The notes under the pieces are model-generated. The model saw nothing but the letters and a program-made list of their open reading frames with translations. It had not been told where the DNA came from and searched no databases. DNA of 64,000 bases. Origin: Pseudomonadota bacterium. Lineage in GTDB: Bacteria > Pseudomonadota > Gammaproteobacteria > Burkholderiales > JALYOK01. The stretch covers positions 137 to 64,136 of the forward strand of contig JANOLP010000191.1 in assembly GCA_031419835.1 (NCBI GenBank). Reading direction: 5' to 3'. The position numbers and the translations under genes were made by a program. Positions 52,270-63,096 of the stretch are shown in pieces; position 1 is the first letter of the stretch, and each line of letters begins with the position of its first letter.

Positions 52270-52272
52270 TCG

Positions 52273-53247
52273 TTGAAAGCCGCGGTTCAAACTTTCCCGA
52301 TCGATCTGAGCTTCGCGCCCGTCGATAATCAACGACTCGCGAATTTGTGCGGCTCGCTTGATACCCATTTGCGCCAGATCGAGGCGTCGCTCAAGGTAAC
52401 GATTTCTCGCCGCAGCGAAAACTTTCACATTGAAGGATCGACAGAGAGTGCGATCAACGCGGAAAAAGTTCTGCGAGCGTTGTACGAATCGGCAACGCGC
52501 GAGCTACACGTCGAAGATGTTCAATTACATTTGATTGAAGTGTCTGCGGCGCGGCCCGAGGGCGCTGAAAAATTGCAAGCGCCCATCCTGCTCACGCGTC
52601 GAAGTGATTTGCGCGGACGTACGCCGCGGCAAATCGAGTACCTCAACAGTATTCAAGCCCACGACATTACGTTTGGTGTGGGCCCAGCCGGGACCGGCAA
52701 AACTTACCTTGCCGTCGCCTGCGCAGTCGATGCGTTACAACGAGATAAAGTAAAGCGTTTGGTGTTAGTTCGTCCCGCCGTTGAGGCCGGTGAAAAACTC
52801 GGGTTTTTGCCGGGCGATCTCGCACAAAAAGTCGATCCCTATTTGCGGCCGCTATACGACGCGCTGTACGATTTGATGGGCTTCGAGAAAGTCGACAAAT
52901 TGTTCGAGCGCGGCACCATCGAAATCGCGCCACTTGCTTACATGCGCGGGCGCACGCTGAATCATTCCTTCATCATTCTTGATGAAGCACAAAACACGAC
53001 GCCGGAGCAAATGAAGATGTTTTTGACGCGCATCGGCTTCGGTACTAAGGCCGTTATCACCGGCGACGTTACGCAGATTGATTTAGCACGCGGCCAGAAG
53101 AGCGGGCTGATCGATGCGCGTACTGTCCTGCAAGATATCGAGGCGATCGCCTTTACGATTTTCCAATCGGAAGACGTGGTACGCCACCCCATCGTGCAAG
53201 CGATTGTCAACGCCTATGAGCGCCATGCCAAGGGCAGTCAAGCCTAA
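52273..53247 (+). CDS. ybeZ: PhoH-like ATPase
   Basis: 324-aa ORF with the Walker A motif GPAGTGKTYLAVA and ILDEAQNTT. Confidence 0.9.
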   Translation: MKAAVQTFPIDLSFAPVDNQRLANLCGSLDTHLRQIEASLKVTISRRSENFHIEGSTESAINAEKVLRALYESATRELHVEDVQLHLIEVSAARPEGAEKLQAPILLTRRSDLRGRTPRQIEYLNSIQAHDITFGVGPAGTGKTYLAVACAVDALQRDKVKRLVLVRPAVEAGEKLGFLPGDLAQKVDPYLRPLYDALYDLMGFEKVDKLFERGTIEIAPLAYMRGRTLNHSFIILDEAQNTTPEQMKMFLTRIGFGTKAVITGDVTQIDLARGQKSGLIDARTVLQDIEAIAFTIFQSEDVVRHPIVQAIVNAYERHAKGSQA

Positions 53248-53698
53248 GGTTCAACAAGCCCCTAAGCTTTCCCTCGCCGTTCAGTTTGCCACTGAGGATT
53301 TGCGCGTTCCATCGCGCTCCCAGTTGCGTCGTTGGATTTGCGCCGCGTTAGAGCGCGATGCGACGATCACTTTACGTATCGTCGGCGCGAAAGAAGGGCG
53401 TGAACTGAATCGAACCTACCGCAACAAAGACTATGCCACCAACGTTCTGACCTTCGTTTATGATCAGTCGTTAAGCGGCGTCCTATTCGGCGATATCGTG
53501 CTATGCGCATCGGTAGTTGCTAAAGAAGCGAACCAGCAGCGCAAGGAGTTGAAAGCGCATTACACGCATTTGGTTATTCACGGCAGCTTGCACTTACAAG
53601 GCTACGATCATGAAACGAACGCGGATGCCAAAATCATGGAGCGACGCGAAGTGGCATTGCTTGCGCGCATGAGAATCGCAAACCCCTACAGCGCTTGA
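53216..53698 (+). CDS. ybeY: rRNA maturation endoribonuclease YbeY
   Basis: It has the zinc motif HGSLHLQGYDHE. The start is chosen at MSAMPRA, overlapping the ybeZ end. Confidence 0.88.
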   Translation: MSAMPRAVKPKVQQAPKLSLAVQFATEDLRVPSRSQLRRWICAALERDATITLRIVGAKEGRELNRTYRNKDYATNVLTFVYDQSLSGVLFGDIVLCASVVAKEANQQRKELKAHYTHLVIHGSLHLQGYDHETNADAKIMERREVALLARMRIANPYSA

Positions 53699-53708
53699 AG
53701 GAAATAAT

Positions 53709-54235
53709 TTGAGTACGCATCGTACTTCATCATCGACTCGCTATTGGATTTCTCGGTCTATCCTAGAAGCAGGCTGGGTGCCGATCGCCGTCTTCTGCTT
53801 GCATGTTGTGATGTCGCGGGTATTCGATGCCTACCGAATTTTTCCGGGGATCGACATTCCGATGCATTTTTTGGGCGGGATGGTGATTGCGTTTTTCTTT
53901 CATCGCGCGTCGATCAATGGTTCGCGACTCAAGCTGCTGGGCGCCTTTCATCCGTTCACCCATGTTCTGCTGGTATTTTTCGCGACGTGTGCCGCAACGG
54001 TGTTTTGGGAATTCGCAGAGTTTATCAATGATCGTTATTTCGGCGGCCATTCCCAGGGGGCTTGTTCGATACGATGAAAGACATGTTGGTGGGCATTCTC
54101 GGCGGGATAATGCTGATCATTGGAATGATTCCGCGCGTTGCGCGATTCACCTCAAAAGATCCCGAAATAGCCGGCAGATCGCAGCCTTCCGGACTATTAC
54201 GCCAGCGCCCTTATTCTGCGCGGGTCGTGGCATAG
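53709..54235 (+). pseudogene. Integral membrane protein, frameshifted near a G5 run
   Basis: The frame from 53709 ends ...FAEFINDRYFGGHSQGACSIR* at 54077. The +1 frame from 54062 continues LFDTMKDMLVGILGGIMLIIGMIPRV... to TAG 54233-54235. This reads as a natural TM continuation. The shift lies around CAGGGGGC (54050-54061). Confidence 0.5.
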
Positions 54236-54400
54236 CATGGCCTGCGAGCCAGTATTCATCGCCTCTCTGGCTTGCCCGAACGCGCCTATCGAATTTGAAT
54301 AATGTATACTCCATTCACGCTCGGCGCTTCGGTACCGTTGGAACCGTTCGGTACCATAGAGCTTGGCGTAATAAACCCAACCGCAAATAGGAGGAATAGT

Positions 54401-55018
54401 ATGAACCCATCATTAGCAAAGCCCAAGGCGCAATCAGTGTTCGCCCGCTGGGGGCTCGCTCTTTTGTTCGCAGGATATGCGAACGCTGCTGACAATCCCG
54501 GCCAGATCAAAGTCGACGACAATTCATTTAAGTGCATTACCGAGATGACGGCGGTGAAACATTTTTACGTCGATAATTTACTCGGCGATATCGCCGCGAC
54601 AGTAAAGGTCGCAAACGCCGGAACGGGTGATTATCCGCCCGGATCGGTGCTGCAAATCATGCCGAATGAAGTGATGGTCAAGCACAACAAGGACTTTAGC
54701 CCGGCGACGAAAGATTGGGAATTTTTCTGGATCGATATTACCAAGGAAGGTCAGAAAATTTTCACGCGTGGTTTCGCCGAGGTCAACAACCGCTTCGGCC
54801 TGAATTGTTTTGCGTGTCACGTCAAAGCTAAACCGGAATTCGATTTCGTTTGCGAGAACGATCGTGGCTGCGACCCGATTGCGGTGACGCGTGAAATGTT
54901 TGGCGCGCTGCAACGCACTGACGCGCGCTGCAAAGGATCTGAGAATGTTAGTGCTGCAGATCAGGAGCAGTTGAAGCAGTTGGGTGAAATTGTAAAAGCA
55001 CTAACCGAAAAGAAATAG
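54401..55018 (+). CDS. Periplasmic mono-haem protein, cytochrome P460-like
   Basis: The ORF spans 54302..55018 and the signal peptide starts at MNPSLAKPK...GYANA. The pattern DWEFFWID...NCFACHVKAKPEFDFV resembles the P460-family C-terminal CxxCH context. Family call is from memory. Confidence 0.5.
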   Translation: MNPSLAKPKAQSVFARWGLALLFAGYANAADNPGQIKVDDNSFKCITEMTAVKHFYVDNLLGDIAATVKVANAGTGDYPPGSVLQIMPNEVMVKHNKDFSPATKDWEFFWIDITKEGQKIFTRGFAEVNNRFGLNCFACHVKAKPEFDFVCENDRGCDPIAVTREMFGALQRTDARCKGSENVSAADQEQLKQLGEIVKALTEKK

Positions 55019-55195
55019 ACGTTTAATTTTCGGATCTCACCTTTGTGTACTAATGGCGCAATTGAAAATTAGGACGCAAAGGTGAGGATCTGGTGATGAA
55101 TTCACGTGATTCCGCACCAACGCGACAATCTCTTTACGGCGATTCGCTGCAACATCAGATACGCCCGCCGAAAATCAGCGCGACGGGGTTTTTGA

Positions 55196-56458
55196 TTAAG
55201 GATCGCTGCTGATCACTTCCTCCAGCAACACAGCAAGTTCGCGAGTACGGGATCGGCGCGAATGAAGATTCGCGATTTCCGGTTGAACACCTTTGGCGCG
55301 GCCTGCGCGAAGCCTTTCAAGAAAACTCCGTAATCCGGTGGTAATATCCGCGGCGTCAGCGATGTTGACGATATCCAACGCGTCGGCACTACGCAGCGAT
55401 TCGGCTGTATTTCCGACCGGGTCGGTCAGTGTGAAAATGGGACGGCCCGCCCGCAGATATTCATAGAGTTTAGCGGGAATTTGATGATTACATATTCTCG
55501 CTTGGAAAAGCAGCAAACCGTCAGCGCACATCATTTCCCTCAGTGCCTCGCGATAGCTGACGGTCGGTGCTAATTTTACGATATCGGAAATACCGATCTC
55601 GCTTATCAACTGGCGGTACAGATGGTCACTGCCGGTTGCACGTAACACAACTTGCAAACGGTCACCGGAAATTTCCCCGGTGTCCTTGAGGGCCCGTAAT
55701 GCAGCGAAAAATGGTTTGGGATCACGCTCTTCGGGATAAAGTACGCCGCTGTGAATGAGTGTGATTTGATCGACTTGGCCGAGCGATTTTTTCTCAAATC
55801 CTGATTCGGCATTGCGAAAGTTCTCTTCGTCAAAGCCATTCTCAATCACCGACCAATGGGACGCGGGCTTTTCTGGATAACGTACTGCGTACATTTCACG
55901 CGTACCTTGTGTCGTCAACACAACCCGAGCGCAGCGTCGAATAGCGGATTCTTCGATACGCCGATAAATACGCCAGGTCAGTGGGTCCCGAGGATAAGTC
56001 GCTTCGGTCATTGAGTCGCGAAAATCGGCAACCCATGGCAATCCGCTCAGGCGTTGCAAGCACAGACCGATCAGATGCGCAGTAGCGATCGGATAGGTCG
56101 ACATTATTACTGAAGGTCGATGGCGCCTGATCATGGACATACCGCGCCAGACCGCACCTGGCCACCAACTCACCCATCGATCCGGTAGTGCCAACCATCT
56201 AAAGTAGCGCTTGCCAATCGCAAGATGCCGCGCGGTATCCAGACCAAATGCGCGTTCGACCACCATGCCGTCGGGTATCTCCGCCATTTGATCGTCGCTG
56301 ATTTGCTCATACGCGCGTGGCGAAATGGTCAGTACCATCGGTTCCCAGCCATTTTCTCGCAAATAGGCGGAGAATTTCAGCGTACGCTGAACACCGCTAC
56401 TCCCCTTTACTGGCGGGTAATGAAACGCAATTAATAATACTCGACGATTTTTCTTCAT
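55196..56458 (-). CDS. Family 4-type glycosyltransferase of the exosortase-A/PEP-CTERM-associated kind
   Basis: 420-aa ORF. The N-terminus VLLIAFHYPPVKGSSGVQRTLKF is typical of EPS-locus GT4 enzymes. It is adjacent to the exosortase-A hydrolase pair. Confidence 0.75.
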   Translation of the reverse strand: MKKNRRVLLIAFHYPPVKGSSGVQRTLKFSAYLRENGWEPMVLTISPRAYEQISDDQMAEIPDGMVVERAFGLDTARHLAIGKRYFRWLALPDRWVSWWPGAVWRGMSMIRRHRPSVIMSTYPIATAHLIGLCLQRLSGLPWVADFRDSMTEATYPRDPLTWRIYRRIEESAIRRCARVVLTTQGTREMYAVRYPEKPASHWSVIENGFDEENFRNAESGFEKKSLGQVDQITLIHSGVLYPEERDPKPFFAALRALKDTGEISGDRLQVVLRATGSDHLYRQLISEIGISDIVKLAPTVSYREALREMMCADGLLLFQARICNHQIPAKLYEYLRAGRPIFTLTDPVGNTAESLRSADALDIVNIADAADITTGLRSFLERLRAGRAKGVQPEIANLHSRRSRTRELAVLLEEVISSDP

Positions 56459-56533
56459 ATGTCCCGCTCGCGTCCCAACTCCCTTAGCTATTGAGCCAAA
56501 GGCCCACTCCCTCGACCGACGAAAACTTTTGAT

Positions 56534-57379
56534 TCACAACCCTAGTATCCAATTGGCCGTAGTATTCGCCACTTCATCGCGCCACTCTTCTCGGGAAAAC
56601 GTGTGATTGGCGGATGGCATGGTGTGTTTGGTTACGCGCGGACCATCAAACAGTTCGCGCCATGGTGAAGAAGCCTTAACCATGTTCGAAAATTCCTGGG
56701 CGGTAAGGTCTTCACCGGAAAGCAGAACTAACACATCACCCTTGAAATTTGCCCAGGAGGCATACATTCTTTCTCGAAGTGGCAATTCGCGGTCTCCGCT
56801 TTCAGGCGCGGTCGTGCGCATGGCTTTTCGAATCGTCTCAAAAAATGGCCTCACAGAGCCAAAAAAATCGTACTGACCGCGCAATATTTTTTTCCAAAAC
56901 GCTACGTCCAAAAATCGAGCACGATAATAGTGATTCAAGTAGGCCTGAGCCTCGCCGACGTCGGTTCGCACCCATGGATTTGCGAGAACTAATCCGGCAA
57001 TTCTCGCGTCTTTATGGGCATAAAACAAAGAAGCTGACGCCGCGTCGCATAGCCCCCACAGAATTATTCGCTCGAGTTTAGGATTGGCATTTTGGAGGGC
57101 ATCTACGGCCACTCGAATATCCTCATCAATCGCAGTAAAGTCGCGAAGATCACCGCTACTATCGCCCATTCCGCGATAGTCAAATCGGAGCGTCGTGATG
57201 CCGCGCTGACCCAGTGATCGCGCAAGCAAAACAAACTGCCGATGGCTGCCAATTCGAAATTGCGGACCGCCCACGACTATGACAACGCCATACTTGGTCG
57301 GCTTTACCGGCGTGGTCACTATTCCAATAAGTTGCTCCCCTGCACAACTAAACGACACAACTGATTCTGAATAACTCAC
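56534..57379 (-). CDS. Alpha/beta hydrolase, exosortase A system-associated hydrolase 1 type
   Basis: VVIVVGGPQFRIGSHRQFVLLARSLGQRGITTLRFDYRGMGDSSG matches the hydr1_PEP family signature as I recall it. Confidence 0.8.
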   Translation of the reverse strand: MSYSESVVSFSCAGEQLIGIVTTPVKPTKYGVVIVVGGPQFRIGSHRQFVLLARSLGQRGITTLRFDYRGMGDSSGDLRDFTAIDEDIRVAVDALQNANPKLERIILWGLCDAASASLFYAHKDARIAGLVLANPWVRTDVGEAQAYLNHYYRARFLDVAFWKKILRGQYDFFGSVRPFFETIRKAMRTTAPESGDRELPLRERMYASWANFKGDVLVLLSGEDLTAQEFSNMVKASSPWRELFDGPRVTKHTMPSANHTFSREEWRDEVANTTANWILGL

Positions 57380-58212
57380 GTGCGTGTCTGGGCAAAGATT
57401 TTAGTTGTTTGCTCAACAAGCGCCGCACAATCCGTGATTTCCTGCGTAGCCCAAAAAGGAGAGCCGCCAACCGTATTACACTCGACCGCGACTTGGGCAT
57501 CCTGCCATAGCTTAATGGTTTGTGCGGCCGCCGGCGAAACGCCTTGGTTGGCGTCAGCAACAATTTCGATCCAGTTAACCCGGGATGATTTGGGGAGAAT
57601 CTTGTTGACCCTTAACGAATCAACATAGTTCGTAATCTCAGGATTTAGCCGATAGCCAGCGACCTCGATGGATTCGCCGCTTCGCAACGATTCTCTGAGC
57701 ATACGAACGCCGCCACCATTTGCGCCGTCCAACATCTCACTAGCAACACGAAGCCGCAAGAACTGAGCCATAAATGTTTCACCGTTGAGTACCGGTTGCC
57801 ATAGGAGGAATTCCTCAGGCCATCGATTTCTTTTCTGGGCAAAATCCAGCGCCAGCGTTGCGCCGAGGCGCAATCCCCACAGGACAATAGAGTCGTGCGA
57901 ACGCCTGTGGAGCCAATCCCAAGCTAACTCGATGTCATCCAACCAATTCTGCGGTGTTACCTTGTCGAAATCACTACTTGAATCACCGCAACCATTTAGA
58001 TCAATCCGCAGAACCGCGTAACCTTTTGCGGCAAGCGCTTGAGATTGGAGGTTTGCCATGCGTCTGGACTTGTTCATTTCCTCCGCGAAAGGATGAATGT
58101 ACAGAAACGCCCTGCTCGCTGCTTTCCCCTTCGGCGGATGATAGACGCAGAAACGCTGACCATTCAAAACTGGCAAAAAAAACGCTTCGGGTGCAGCCGG
58201 ATTGGTCATCAA
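57376..58212 (-). CDS. Alpha/beta hydrolase, exosortase A system-associated hydrolase 2 type
   Basis: FLYIHPFAEEMNKSRRMANLQSQALAAKGYAVLRIDLNGCGDSSSDF matches the hydr2_PEP signature. It overlaps hydrolase 1 by 4 nt. Confidence 0.8.
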   Translation of the reverse strand: MMTNPAAPEAFFLPVLNGQRFCVYHPPKGKAASRAFLYIHPFAEEMNKSRRMANLQSQALAAKGYAVLRIDLNGCGDSSSDFDKVTPQNWLDDIELAWDWLHRRSHDSIVLWGLRLGATLALDFAQKRNRWPEEFLLWQPVLNGETFMAQFLRLRVASEMLDGANGGGVRMLRESLRSGESIEVAGYRLNPEITNYVDSLRVNKILPKSSRVNWIEIVADANQGVSPAAAQTIKLWQDAQVAVECNTVGGSPFWATQEITDCAALVEQTTKIFAQTRT

Positions 58213-58435
58213 TCGCGTTCTCGATTTTCCGCGAAAATAAATATTGCGGCACTCATTTATTCTATGTTGTTGCGCGTGATTTTCGAAATGTCACTGGGTT
58301 CGCTGAATAGGCGCGTCGATTTGCGTTAGATACGCTACCGATACAAAGTAAACACTGATCAGAAATGGCGAACGTTGAATGGCGCGGCCGCTTTGTTACG
58401 AATACTTCTTCACTACGGGGCGGGATTTTGTAACG

Positions 58436-58687
58436 TCAGTTCAGCATTTTGGTATTGACGAAGTCCACCAGGCTCCCTAGTGTTGCAAACGTGTCGGCGC
58501 TGATTTCATCGTCGTCGACCGTGATACCGAACCGATCCTCCATCGCCGTGATGACGTTCACGACCGCCATCGAATCGAGTTCAGGAATGCTGCCGAGTAA
58601 CGGCGTTGATTCAGTCAATTGAGATTTGCGTGCGCCTAGGCTTAGGACATCAGCCAGCATGTTCTTAATTTCTTCTACAACGTTCAT
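58436..58687 (-). CDS. Acyl carrier protein
   Basis: 83-aa ORF with the phosphopantetheine site LGSIPELDSMAVVNV (DSM). Confidence 0.8.
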   Translation of the reverse strand: MNVVEEIKNMLADVLSLGARKSQLTESTPLLGSIPELDSMAVVNVITAMEDRFGITVDDDEISADTFATLGSLVDFVNTKMLN

Positions 58688-58984
58688 AGGTAAGGTGTTA
58701 ATTTCGAATATGTGGTTTATAGCATAACTTTCTCCCTACGGTTACGTTTTGGTGGCAGATTGCCTGGTCGGCGAGGCAATGCAGACGCGGTGCTCCAGGC
58801 GCCACATGCCAGACGGCGCGCGGAATAAGGCTCCCAGCCCGGTATCCAATCAACCAACCTGTCGGAAAACCGACCTTTCAGGGCAACGCAGCATCCCATA
58901 GTTCATTATTTACCGTCCCAAAGCTTTGGTATACTTCAGTCTTTGGCGGCAATCATTCGATTGGCCGCCGATTTGTTTTTGGGG

Positions 58985-60163
58985 ATGACGATGTCGTATG
59001 TGATGAATACCTATGCCCGCCAGCCGATTGGTTTCGTGAAAGGCGAAGGCTCGTGGTTAATTGACGACCAAGGCAAACGCTATTTGGACGCCGTGTCCGG
59101 CGTGGCGGTGACGAGTGTCGGTCACGCCCACCCGAAAGTGGTCGCGGCGATTTGCGAGCAAGCAAAAAATACGATTCATACCTCGAATCTCTATCAAATT
59201 TTCCGCCAGGAAGAATTGGCCGAACGCATCGCCAAACTCTCCGGCATGGACGAAGTATTCTTCTGCAATTCCGGCGCGGAAGCGAACGAAGCGGCGATCA
59301 AAGTCGCGCGCCTGTACGGCCACAAAAACGGTGTCGAGAATCCCCACATCATCGTCATGGAAAAAGCCTGGCACGGCCGCACGTTAGCCACGCTCTCGGC
59401 GACCGGCAGCCGCAAAGCGCAAGCCGGGTTCGAGCCACTGATGGATGGGTTTATCCGCGTGCCGTACAACGACGCAATCGCCGTACAGCAAATCGCGAAA
59501 AACCAATCGAATGTCGTCGCCGTTCTTGTCGAAGTGTTGCAGGGCGAAGCCGGCGTAATCATGGCGGACCTAGAATATATCCGCACCCTGCGCACCATTT
59601 GCGACAAGCAAGAATGGTTGCTGATGATCGATGAAGTGCAATGCGGCATCGGCCGCACCGGTAAATGGTTCGGCTTTCAGCACGCCGGCGTGAAGCCCGA
59701 CGTGATTACTTTGGCGAAAGGTCTTGGCTCCGGTGTGCCGATCGGCGCGTGTGTCAACGCGGGCCGCGCGACCGGCGTATTCGGCCCCGGTAATCACGGC
59801 TCGACATTCGGCGGCGGGCCGCTGGTGTGTGCCGCGTCACTTGCGACTTTGCAAGCGATCGAAGAAGAAGGTCTGCTTGAAAAATCCACCCAAACCGGCG
59901 AATGGATTCGCGCGCAATTGCGCGAGCGGCTCGCGGGCGTGGCGGGCATCAAAGAAATTCGTGGCCTGGGCATGATGATGGGCATTGAGCTCGACCGCCC
60001 CTGTGGCGATATCGTTCGCCGTGCGCGCGAGCAAGGCTTGCTGGCGAACGTCACCAACGACAAAGTCGTGCGCCTGTTGCCGCCGCTGAATTTTTCGCAA
60101 GCGGAAGCGGAGCAATTGGTCAGCACTTTAGCGCCGATCATCAAGGATTTTCTCGCGGCATAA
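58985..60163 (+). CDS. argD: Acetylornithine aminotransferase
   Basis: The ORF starts at 58943 and the likely start is MTMSYVMNTYARQPI. It is a class III aminotransferase (FCNSGAEANEAAIK, DEVQCGIGRTG, PLP-Lys in TLAKGLGSG). Confidence 0.88.
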   Translation: MTMSYVMNTYARQPIGFVKGEGSWLIDDQGKRYLDAVSGVAVTSVGHAHPKVVAAICEQAKNTIHTSNLYQIFRQEELAERIAKLSGMDEVFFCNSGAEANEAAIKVARLYGHKNGVENPHIIVMEKAWHGRTLATLSATGSRKAQAGFEPLMDGFIRVPYNDAIAVQQIAKNQSNVVAVLVEVLQGEAGVIMADLEYIRTLRTICDKQEWLLMIDEVQCGIGRTGKWFGFQHAGVKPDVITLAKGLGSGVPIGACVNAGRATGVFGPGNHGSTFGGGPLVCAASLATLQAIEEEGLLEKSTQTGEWIRAQLRERLAGVAGIKEIRGLGMMMGIELDRPCGDIVRRAREQGLLANVTNDKVVRLLPPLNFSQAEAEQLVSTLAPIIKDFLAA

Positions 60164-60168
60164 TCATC

Positions 60169-61089
<921 letters not shown>

Positions 61090-61144
61090 TGAATTTATTG
61101 GTGTGGTGACTGCCTAGGTTATTGTAGCAAATTTAATGCGACTT

Positions 61145-61240
61145 CCCTCCCCTTCAAGGGGAGGGTTAGGGTGGGGATGGGTTCTTGGCGGAACGAAATA
61201 AACCCATCCCCATCCCGCCTTCCCCTTCAAGGGGAAGGAG
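61145..61240. repeat. Nested palindromic REP-like element (three hairpins arranged symmetrically)
   Basis: The element reads CCCTCCCCTTCAAGGGGAGGG, TTA, GGGTGGGGATGGGTT, an 18-nt centre, AACCCATCCCCATCCC, G, CCTTCCCCTTCAAGGGGAAGG. It lies in the intergenic region between argF and the MORN gene. Confidence 0.7.
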
Positions 61241-61333
61241 TTTTCCGCAGCACTAAAGTAAACAATTCGTTTCGCTCGCCGTATAACCGCTTACAATCGT
61301 GACTAATCGTTCGATTGAATCTTAGGAGATCAC

Positions 61334-61831
61334 ATGAACCGCTTATCGATTTTTTCCGCATCTATACTCGCCACGTTATTGAGTTTGCTTTCGGTTAACG
61401 CATTCGCCGAAGAAGGCGATTGGATCAAAGATCAAAAAGACTGCAAACATTTCAATCCACACCCGCAGCCCGACGAAAAATTAACCTGGACCGGCGAATG
61501 CAAAGACGGCTACGCCGACGGCAAAGGCCAAATTAAGTGGGATGTAAAAGGCAAACTCGCTGAAGAATACGACGGCGATTACGTTCGCGGTCGGCCGCAC
61601 GGCAAGGGCAGCATGACCTCCCACGAAAACGGCCAAGTCTATGCCGGCGATTGGGTTGACGGCGTGCCAACGGGCGATGGCAAATTGGTGTTGCCGGACG
61701 GCACAATCTACATCGGTCAATTTTTGAATTGGCGCTTCGAGGGCATCGGCGAACTCACCAGCCCCGACGGCAAGTCGGTTTACGGCGAATGGGTCAACGG
61801 CGAGTTGATTACACGGCTCGAAAGAAATTAA
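61334..61831 (+). CDS. Secreted MORN-repeat protein
   Basis: It has a signal peptide and repeated YxGxxxxGxxxGxG units (YDGDYVRGRPHGKG, YAGDWVDGVPTGDG, YIGQFLNWRFEGIG, YGEWVNGE). Confidence 0.8.
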   Translation: MNRLSIFSASILATLLSLLSVNAFAEEGDWIKDQKDCKHFNPHPQPDEKLTWTGECKDGYADGKGQIKWDVKGKLAEEYDGDYVRGRPHGKGSMTSHENGQVYAGDWVDGVPTGDGKLVLPDGTIYIGQFLNWRFEGIGELTSPDGKSVYGEWVNGELITRLERN

Positions 61832-61852
61832 TTTTTAACTTAGTTAACTAAC

Positions 61853-63073
61853 ATGTCATCAATCAAAAAAGTTGTACTCGCTTATTCCGGCGGGTTGGAT
61901 ACCTCGGTCATTCTAAAATGGCTGCAAGACGTTTATCACTGCGAAGTCGTCACCTTCACCGCCGACATCGGCCAAGGCGAAGAGCTTGAACCGGCGCGCC
62001 AGAAAGCGGAAAAATTCGGCATTAAAGAAATTTTCGTCGACGATTTGCGCGAAGAATTCGTGCGCGATTTCGTGTTCCCAATGTTCCGCGCCAACGCCGT
62101 TTACGAAGGCGAATATCTGCTCGGCACCTCGATCGCACGGCCGCTGATCGCCAAACGCCAAGTGGAGATTGCGCGAAAAGTGAAGGCCGATGCGGTTTCT
62201 CACGGCGCAACCGGCAAGGGCAACGATCAAGTTCGCTTCGAGTTAGGCTACTACGCGCTGGAACCGAACATCCGCGTCATCGCGCCGTGGCGAGAATGGG
62301 ATCTAACCTCGCGCGAAAAATTATTGAAGTACGCCGAGAAAGCCGGCATCGCCGTCGACTACAAAAAGAAAAAAGGCGGTGGCGCACCCTATTCGATGGA
62401 CGCGAACTTGCTGCACATTTCCTACGAAGGAGGCGTGCTCGAAGACCCGAATTTCGAGCCGGAAGATTCCATGTGGCGCATCACCGTGTCGCCAGAGAAG
62501 GCGCCGGCGAAACCGGAATACGTCGAACTGGAATATAAGACCGGTGACATCGTCGCAGTCAACGGTAAAAAGATGACGCCCGCGCAGGTGTTAACCGAAC
62601 TCAATCGCCTCGGCGGCAAACACGGCGTCGGCCGCTTAGATGTCGTGGAAAATCGCTACGTCGGTATGAAATCCCGCGGCTGCTACGAAACCCCCGGCGG
62701 CACCATCATGCTGCGCGCCCATCGCGCGATGGAATCGATCACGCTCGATCGCGAAGTATTAGCGCTAAAAGACGACCTCATGCCCCGCTACGCACGCATG
62801 GTCTACAACGGTTATTGGTGGAGCCCCGAGCGCAAGTTACTGCAAAGCTTAATCGACCTCTCACAAGCCCCAGTCAACGGCACGGTGCGCGTCAAGCTTT
62901 ACAAAGGCACCGTCACCACCGTCGGCCGCTCATCGAAAAAAGATTCACTTTTCGATCCGGCGATTTCGACATTCGAAGAGGATAAAGGCGCTTACAACCA
63001 AGCCGACGCAGCGGGATTTATTAAGCTGAATGCGTTGCGGATGCGGATTGCGGCGAAGTTAAATCGCAAATGA
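61853..63073 (+). CDS. argG: Argininosuccinate synthase
   Basis: 406-aa ORF with AYSGGLDTS and [15 protein letters not shown]. Confidence 0.95.
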   Translation: MSSIKKVVLAYSGGLDTSVILKWLQDVYHCEVVTFTADIGQGEELEPARQKAEKFGIKEIFVDDLREEFVRDFVFPMFRANAVYEGEYLLGTSIARPLIAKRQVEIARKVKADAVSHGATGKGNDQVRFELGYYALEPNIRVIAPWREWDLTSREKLLKYAEKAGIAVDYKKKKGGGAPYSMDANLLHISYEGGVLEDPNFEPEDSMWRITVSPEKAPAKPEYVELEYKTGDIVAVNGKKMTPAQVLTELNRLGGKHGVGRLDVVENRYVGMKSRGCYETPGGTIMLRAHRAMESITLDREVLALKDDLMPRYARMVYNGYWWSPERKLLQSLIDLSQAPVNGTVRVKLYKGTVTTVGRSSKKDSLFDPAISTFEEDKGAYNQADAAGFIKLNALRMRIAAKLNRK

Positions 63074-63096
63074 TGTGATTTTCTGCAAACGCTCAT

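Noticed and set aside
55036-55086. 10-bp inverted repeat (CTCACCTTTG / CAAAGGTGAG) with a 31-nt loop between convergent genes
   Set aside because: The loop is too large and there is no T-tract, so it is not a confident terminator call. It is noted only as a possible weak structure.
61120-61260. Possible small ORF through the G/C-tract element (translates as ...PSPSRGG.GWGWV...)
   Set aside because: The apparent peptide is a by-product of the palindromic repeat. There is no start/RBS context, and the symmetry explains the sequence better.
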